64,000 nt of DNA from the human T2T-CHM13v2.0 reference genome, Homo sapiens. The notes below the pieces were generated by a model. That model was not told the origin of the DNA, searched no databases, and saw only the letters and a list, made by a program, of their open reading frames with translations. Position 1 is the first letter of the stretch, and each line of letters starts with the position of its first letter. The position numbers and the translations under genes were made by a program. Shown here piece after piece: positions 53,913 to 64,000 of this stretch. The DNA lies in the NCBI RefSeq assembly GCF_009914755.1, contig NC_060932.1. One strand, given 5' to 3'.

Positions 53913-55700
53913 GTGCAGTAGAACAGAAACTTGCGCGTCCTCTTTCCCTGGGGCGGCACAGCTGAGCCAATCCCCTCCTCCCCTACCCTGGGCTCCAAGG
54001 CACCCAATGACTGCCACCTGAGAAATGAACCTGTCCCTCGTATCAAAGCCACAAACGACTTCTAACTCTGGATCTCAGGGCCCACCTCTCACTCCTCTGG
54101 CCTCTGCAGGTGCTGTCAGATGCAAGGTTCTTCCAATTTCCCTCCTCCTGGGGACTTGACAGTCTCCCCTCCCTTGTTAAGCCCCATACATAAGGCATCA
54201 AGGGAAAGCAGCAGCTATCGACTGCCGTCCATGCCTTTGGTGCTAAGTACTTGCTCTATTCTAAGGAGAAATCCTGGCAGTACTCAGGTCTGGGCACCAA
54301 GAGCTTATCCATCTGGAATGAGATGGAAGGAAAAGAGGTTACCAAGTGATATGTAGAATTGGCCTAAAAAGCGAGTGTTCTTTAATTTTGAGCAGGCCAT
54401 CGTTTCTAGCATAGAGAGCCAAACACAGAACAAAGACTAAGACCAAACAAAATTAAAATGACAAGATAAATGGAAGGGGCACTCAGCCCTTTGTACCTTG
54501 CATCTTGACTTTTTTCTGATAGGACTGACTTCCTGGTACCTTGACTTGACTGTTTTGAAATGTTAATTTTGTTGTTTAATTGTTATCATAGAGGAGCTAT
54601 AAAAATAAGGCCCAAGTTGACAGTCTGCCCACTTTTTTAGCTCAAGCAGGGATGCTGCTGTGGAGGGTGAGGATACGCAGACGTGTGGTTGACCCCATTA
54701 GGGAGTCATGGATGCTGCCCTTCACAAAGATCCCATGTCAGCTGCTTCTCAGGCTTTCCCAGTCAAAAGACTCACCCAGAAAAGACAGCAGATGGGATGC
54801 CATGCCTTGCCTGTTCTTCCTGGTTGAATGTGAACCATCTTGGTGCCATCTCAAAATTCTGCATGGCTCTGACAAACACTTTGCAGGGGAGGCCTCAACT
54901 TGGGCTATTTTTTCAGCTCCAGCAATGGAATATATTAATTTTTTAAAGATTTGAAATGAAAGGCCTTGTGACCTGCTGGAATGGAAATACTGTAATTGTG
55001 TGTGCTCCACCCCTGTGGCCTGCCAGGGAGTGTCTCATCCTGGTCTGGTTCTGTCTTGCCCTCTTTTGGGCCTGGACAGAGTGTCACAACTGGGAAATGT
55101 TCAAGGAAATATTTTTGTGACAGGGTGTTCCTGGAACTCTGTTCTTTGTGCTTGAGCCCCTCTCAGAGCACATGGAAATGAGCAAAGAAGTTGAGAGGTT
55201 AAGACACTGAATATTATGGGCATTGGGCATGAATTAATCGTTCTCCATCCCTTCTGCCCTGCACATCTGGCTTGGTTGTGTCTTGCACAAAGCAAACCAA
55301 GTGGTCGTGGTGTCACCCGAGCCTGTGCCGTGTGAATTGGACATGCAAAAGCAAACGCAGCAGCAGAGTGATCAGCCTCTTTCCACCTGCTTGCATGTCC
55401 TATAAAGAGAGCCCTCGAGTCCAAAGTCTGTCCTGGACAGCCTCTGTGATAGGTCTGGGCAGACCTCGGGTGTGTGACGAGGCAGCACCCTGCCCTGCCA
55501 GTCACACCACTGGCAGGAACGATTTGGGGCCACCAGTGGCCACAGGGGCAGAAGTCACAGGGTTCCAAGGCCACCTTGAATTCCTCTTTCTTCTGAACTG
55601 ATTGAAGGAAATTTCATCAGATGTGAATCACTAACAAATTTTCTATTTCTCTCTCCCTCCCTACTTGTCTCTCTCTGATTTTTCTTTTTTGTTCCGTTAA

Positions 55701-56129
<429 letters not shown>

Positions 56130-56149
56130 TAGGCGTGAACTAGGAGAGG

Positions 56150-56370
56150 CAGCCCAGCATAGGCTGAAGAGCTGGGTTCAAATCTCAGCTCTGCTATCAG
56201 TAGGTTCCGTAACCCCAGGCACACCACTGACCTCACACTGCCTCTGTTTCTTCAGATGTGAAATGGGGAGAGCAATAGACCGGCCTCAGGATGATGTTGT
56301 GAGGGTGGAACGAGCGAGTCTGCGGCAGCACTGAGTGCCTGGTGCGGAAAGTGCTGTCTGATGTGGGGTG
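56150..56370. mobile_element. MIR relic
   Basis: CTGGGTTCAAATCTCAGCTCTGC...CCTCTGTTTCTTCAGATGTGAAATGGGG matches the MIR pattern. Confidence 0.7.
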
Positions 56371-56394
56371 AAAAGATGCAGTGTAGCGAGCTCA

Positions 56395-56733
<339 letters not shown>

Positions 56734-57550
56734 TCAAAACAAACAAACAAACTCCCACATCATCAGAACCCACAGTTCTCAGTAAAAAGATTGTCCATAG
56801 GGAGTTTTGGGGCAAAGGCAATGCAAGTCAAACAATGTCTGGTTTTATATACCTTGATGGTACCTTTGCCTAATAAGTTCATGAGAAAACTTGCCACAAA
56901 AGAAGGAGCTGATGGTTCATCTAATTTGGTGTAATCCCCTCAGCAGACCCATTAATTACAATAAGCACAGGACGTCTCCCTGTGGGTGGTCTCGCAGGCC
57001 TGGACAGAGCCGCAGTTGAAGCAGAGATGACTGCATGCGCCTCTTACAACACTTGGTGTTTTCTGAAATGTCAGTTGGCTCCCTCCTAGTGGATCCTTAG
57101 GTTAACTCCATGGCATCGATAGAACAAGTAACGTTTTACCACGTTGGAATCTGACCTGCACAAGAGCGCATATCCCTGAGTCGAGAACCCAGCTTTTGGG
57201 ATTTCTGAAGCTCAACCCCATGATTCTGTATTCACCATCCTTTGTGGCTTTTTGCAGAGAAGTGTTCGTTGCCTATTTTCACTTCACTTTTCCCCCAAGA
57301 TGATTCGACTCCCCTGGAAAGTCAACATGAAAGTGTTGTTTCCCTGGAGGGTGGTGATTCAATTTGGCCTGTTTAAAACATAAAGGCAACAAACAGCCCA
57401 GAGTTCCTTGAAGTTGGGATCAACTTTTATTTTGGACCAATTCATGAGAGGGCTGAAGTTTATTCAAGGCCCGTTTCCCATCAGAAAATGGAGGAACAAC
57501 CCGGTAAATATATATACTTCCTATGTACCCACAAAAAAATTTAAGAATAA

Positions 57551-57929
<379 letters not shown>

Positions 57930-58528
57930 TGATTTCTACTCCTGTCCTCTTCCCAGTGGATTCTCCCCTCCCTCTTTGATAAGTGACAGTTTCAGAAAGG
58001 ACTCAAAACAAAACCCAAAAATTGACGCTCGCAATAACACAGTCCACTTTCTTGGTTCTGTGGTCACTGGGAGGTCTGCGGTTAGGAAAACGCTGCAGTT
58101 CTTATTACTTAACTGGGAAATGGGTTTCCCGTTTTAGAAAGTATAATTACACCATCTCCCTTTGTGTTTACAGGCAGGTCAGCCAGGAACACTAGATAAG
58201 ATGAAAATAAATACAAGTGTCTGCTCCTTCAATATGAAATCTATTGGCAGAGAATGCCTTCATAGCAAAGCACCAAGAGAAATCAAAAGTGGAAAACCAT
58301 ATCGGAGGTTTTTCTTTCTGGGATTAAAATTCTACAGATGATCAGTCTTTTGCATCAGCAAATAAGCTTGAGAAGAACCTGGCAGGTTTAGTGATGTCAC
58401 ATCAGGGAAACACCAAGGACTAGATTTTTGCTGGAAAGAGGATGGGTAGACGGCAGAGTTACTCCATTATGCCTCTCTCCTTTCCTAGAGTCAAGGAAGT
58501 AGTTAAGAGATAAGAGGGGGATCAGTAA

Positions 58529-58717
<189 letters not shown>

Positions 58718-59565
58718 TGAAGAAAGCTCTTCTAGGGAAAACACCCATCTCAAACAATGTTGATGTATTGTGGTGGTGGTGGTGATGGTCTTAGCCCAAT
58801 ATCACAATTTCCGTGAAACTCTAATTTCTTGAGGAGACAATCCCATTTCACCTCCTGAGGATATTTGGCCAGAAGTGAGGCCAGACCAGAAACTAGATCT
58901 GGCCAGGGTGCCTTCTACTAAGCAGTAGTTTATCCCCTTTGTTTTGTTCTAAGATTATTTCCTTAATATATTTGTATCTTTACAGGATGGGGAGAAGAGC
59001 TTGATACCATGCATTCATTCTGTATGAAGTATGAGGCTGCAGAGAAACAGGACTATTATAGTACAGTTTCAAAAAGATATCTTTAGTGGCTGGCATGCAG
59101 TTATTCCCTAAATAGCTGCTGAATTGAGTGAGATTAGCCATTGCAAAAGAGGAGCTCTAAATATTTGAGCAGTGGCTGCCTTGGTGGAATAAGCATGTAC
59201 CCCGAGGAGACAGCTTTGATATCTGTCTGACACCAGGTCCTTCGCACTTGGTGCAGATTTATATATATAGATATTAGAAACGGGGTCTCGCTTCGTTGCC
59301 CAGGCTGCTCTCAAACTTCTCAGCTCAAGCAGTCCTCCCACCTCGGCCTCCCACAGTGCTGGGATTACAGGTGTGAGCCACCGTGCCCGACCATGGCTTT
59401 ATATAATAGCTTTTGCTATGTTTCTGGGCACGTGACCTGCTTGTGTCATCTTCGATGGTAAGGCTGAGGTCTTCCAGTGTGTGAAGCACTTCCTTGGAGC
59501 AGGTGCTCAATCAGGTTTGTGGTTTTGGTGAATGTCATGCTGATCCCTCCCTGTCACCCTTCCAG

Positions 59566-59754
59566 CATCATCATGGACACAGCCATTATGCCTCTGAGTC
59601 GCTTCCCTCCAAGAAGGACCAGGAGGAGGGGGTGATGGAGAAGCTGCAGAACGGGGACCTGGACCACATGATTCCTCAGCACTGCAGCAGTGAGCTGGAC
59701 GGCAAGGCGCCCATGGTGGACGAGAAGGTCATTGTGGGCTCGCTCTCTGTGCAG
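59566..59754 (+). CDS. SLC39A14: ZIP14 exon 6 (His-rich cytoplasmic loop)
   Basis: TTCCAG|CAT...GTGCAG|GTCAGT, 189 nt. [21 protein letters not shown]...GSLSVQ. Confidence 0.98.
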
Positions 59755-59869
59755 GTCAGTGGGCCACCAGCTGCTTGGTGGAGCCTCTAAGAGGTTGACT
59801 CAGGCTTACCTTGAGGGCACATGGTCCAGCCTTTGACGCTGTGGGCCCTGGGGGTGTGCTTTCTCCTAG

Positions 59870-60124
<255 letters not shown>

Positions 60125-60225
60125 TAGGCCCCCTTCCTGTGGCCGGTTCCTTGCTCCCATCTCCCTGTCTTCACAGTGCTTATTGTAACTGATTTAACAC
60201 ACTCCTAAAGCTTCATGGACCCTAA

Positions 60226-60468
<243 letters not shown>

Positions 60469-61362
60469 TGATCCGCCCGCCTCAGCCTCCCAAAGTGCTG
60501 GGATTACAGGCTTGAGCCACCGAACGTGGCCTAACCACCATTTCTTAACGATTAAATAGATAATTTAAAATGATGGGGTTTTTACAGGGGTGTTTGTTTC
60601 CTTTTAGCCCCATATGCAGTGGCTCAGTTCTCACCTATACAGTGGGGTTAATAAGAGCACCTCCTTTTAGAATAATAGTGAGGATTAAAGGAAAACAAAG
60701 GGTGAGAGGGACTTCCCATGTGCCAGGTGCTATTCTGAGCACTCAGTAAAGGCTCTCTTTTGTAGCCTGTTAATCTTCCAAAGGCTCAGGTGCCTGGCAG
60801 GTGCATGGCAGCTGGATGAACCAGGGGGTAGGAGGGACTTAGTTTGATCAGAGGGAGAGTGTAAAAAGCTAGTAATTACTCCAGAGGCTTTAGGGACGAC
60901 GTAGGGTCAAGTTCTGGCTTTGCCATATATTGACTTGTGACTTCGGGCAAATCACTTCTCACAGTCTCGACACTTAACTTCTCGCAGTTTTGATTTTGTT
61001 TCCATGGTAGTTGTGAGGAAGGGGGTTCCTTCTGTTTCACTATGAATCCAGAGAGAAATGAGGAGGCCAGTGCCAGCTGGTCATCTATTTTTAAAATCCT
61101 GAGAAAGATTTTCAGCCTTTAGGCTGGGTATACGGCCAGTTTGGCAAATGGAGACGGGTCCTGAACAGGAAGTTCAAGGGCCTGTCTTGTCACTTCTGTC
61201 TTGAGTCTAGGGCTGTCTTGATTTTTTTCACCCACACTTTTAGCAGTCTGATGTCATCGGTGCCCTCTGTCTCCCACGACCTTGTATGACTGGCTCTCAC
61301 TTTGTCGCCAGGCTGGATTCAAACTCCTGAGCTCAAACAGTCCTCCCAGCTGAGCCTCCTGA

Positions 61363-61656
<294 letters not shown>

Positions 61657-61694
61657 TGAGAGGGCGGCTAAGGGGATGGATGTTAGGTAGGTAG

Positions 61695-61823
<129 letters not shown>

Positions 61824-62503
61824 TGAGTAGCTGGGATTACAGACGTGTGCCACCACGCCTGGCTAATTTTTGTATTTTTAGTAGAGATGGGGTTTCCCCA
61901 TATTGGCCAGGCTAGTCTCGAACTCCCGGCCTCAGGTGATCCACCCGCCTCGGCATCCCAAAGTGCTGAGATTACAGGCATGAACCACCGCACATGGCTG
62001 GTAGTTTGTTTTTAATAACATCTTCCTTAGCTTTCTTTCACATACCACAGAGTTCGTCTGTTTAAGGTGTACCTACCATTCAGCGGTTTTTAAGGGGGCA
62101 TTAGATTTTAAAGGAGGAAAAGTTTATGTTTTTGTTAGCATATGTCATTAAAGAAAATGATTATAATTTATCTATGGTCTTTATTAATTATTATGGAATG
62201 GCTGTATATAGATAAGAGACAGAAGAAAGGAAAGAAAATTACGCATAATCATACATCATACTACCCCTAAAACAATAATAGCAATACTTTGGTTTGTTTC
62301 TTTTTTTATCTCAATGCATTGGGTGTGTCTTTTTCTTTAATTTTTTTTTTTTAGACAGAACCTCACTCACCTAGCCTGGAGTGCAGTGTGTGATCATAGG
62401 TCACTGCAACCTTGAACTCCGGAGCTTAAGTGATCCTCCTCCCTCAGTCTCCCAAGCAGCTAGGACTACAGGCTCCAGCCACCATGCCCAGCTAATTTTT
62501 TGA

Positions 62504-62620
<117 letters not shown>

Positions 62621-63244
62621 TAGCTTGTTAATAATATCTTGATAACAAAAAGACCTCTTAAAGTGTTTAAAGTCCACAATAAGGCCAGGCATGGTGGCAG
62701 GCACCTGTGGAGCTACTCAGGAGGCTGAAGTGGGACAATTGCTCGAGCCCAGGAGTTTGAGGCTGCAGTGAGCTATGTTCGCACCACTGCACTCGAGCCT
62801 GGGCAAGAGCGAGTGGAAAAAAGGAAAAAAAAAAAGTCTATAATATAAAGTTTATTTTTTATCAGAGTACATTTATTTTTAGCCAGCCTCTAAACTCATC
62901 CAGAGCCACATACACGTTGAGTACTTTGTTTTACCTAGACAGTTGTAAAGACATGGTACCTGCTATTGTTAATTTTCTTTTTTTGTTTTGTTTTGTTTTG
63001 GAGATGGAGTCTCGCTCTGTTGCCCAGGCGGGAGTGCAGTGGTGTGATCTCCATTCACTGCAGCCTTGCCTTCCGGGTTCAAGCAATTCTCCTGCCTCAG
63101 CCTCCCAAGTAGCTGGGACTACAGGCCTGCGCCACCACACCCAGCTAATTTTTATGTTTTTAGTAGAGACAGGGTTTCACCATGTTGGTCAGGCTGGTCT
63201 CGAACTCCTGACCTCTAGTGAGCCGCTGCACCTGGCCCTGATAA

Positions 63245-63496
<252 letters not shown>

Positions 63497-64000
63497 GGCT
63501 CTGCCAAGAGCCTGTGGGACTGGAAGTCGGGCCCTGGGCTGCCCGATCGCCAGCCCGAGGACTTACCATCCACAATGCACCACGGAAGAGGCCGTTCTAT
63601 GAAAAACTGACACAGACTGTATTCCTGCATTCAAATGTCAGCCGTTTGTAAAATGCTGTATCCTAGGAATAAGCTGCCCTGGTAACCAGTCTCTAGCTAG
63701 TGCCTCTTGCCCTCTCCTCACCTCCTTTTCTCTCAGTGACTCTGGAACCTGAATGCAGCTTACAAGACAAGCCTGACTTTTTTCTCTGATTACCTTGGCC
63801 TCCTCTTGGAACCAGTGCTGAAAGGTTTTGAATCCTTTACCCAACAATGCAAAAATAGAGCCAATGGTTATAACTTGGCTAGAAATATCAAGAGTTGAAT
63901 CCATAGTGTGGGGCCCATGACTCTAGCTGGGCACCTTGGACCTCCAGCTGGCCAATAGAAGAGACAGGAGACAGGAAGCCTTCCCATTTTTTCAAAGTCT
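63497..64000 (+). other. SLC39A14: SLC39A14 3' UTR (continues beyond the window)
   Basis: Directly follows the stop codon. No AATAAA seen before the window end. Confidence 0.85.

Overview
Eukaryotic, human-type genomic DNA with more than 60 Alu copies plus L1, MIR, L2, MaLR and DNA-transposon relics. It is not a prokaryotic locus and has no CRISPR array. The window holds almost the whole SLC39A14 (ZIP14, Zn/Mn/Fe importer) gene on the + strand. The gene has a CpG-island promoter and non-coding exon 1 (~11.24-11.37 kb), a 37-kb first intron, and coding exons 2-9 (48506-63496). These splice with GT-AG boundaries into a 1479-nt, 492-aa ORF, including the tandem-duplicated, mutually exclusive 170-nt exons 4A and 4B. 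The first ~1.5 kb is probably the end of the upstream PIWIL2 3' UTR and carries a truncated U6 retrocopy. Intron 1 contains an Alu-interrupted RPL21 processed pseudogene. Four unexplained structures stand out. (1) A 62-bp inverted templated copy of the second promoter/5'-exon segment lies 1.1 kb downstream among snap-back hairpins and could form a long pre-mRNA duplex. (2) Exon 4B has a distant branch point and a 211-nt AG-exclusion zone with PTB, QKI and RBFOX motifs. (3) A candidate 87-nt cassette exon between 4A and 4B would add a furin-type site in front of TM1 with 4B but act as a poison exon after 4A. (4) An intronic cluster of inflammatory transcription-factor motifs sits near 36-37 kb. 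All functional interpretations are inference from sequence and untested. Repeat boundaries and subfamily names are approximate, by eye.
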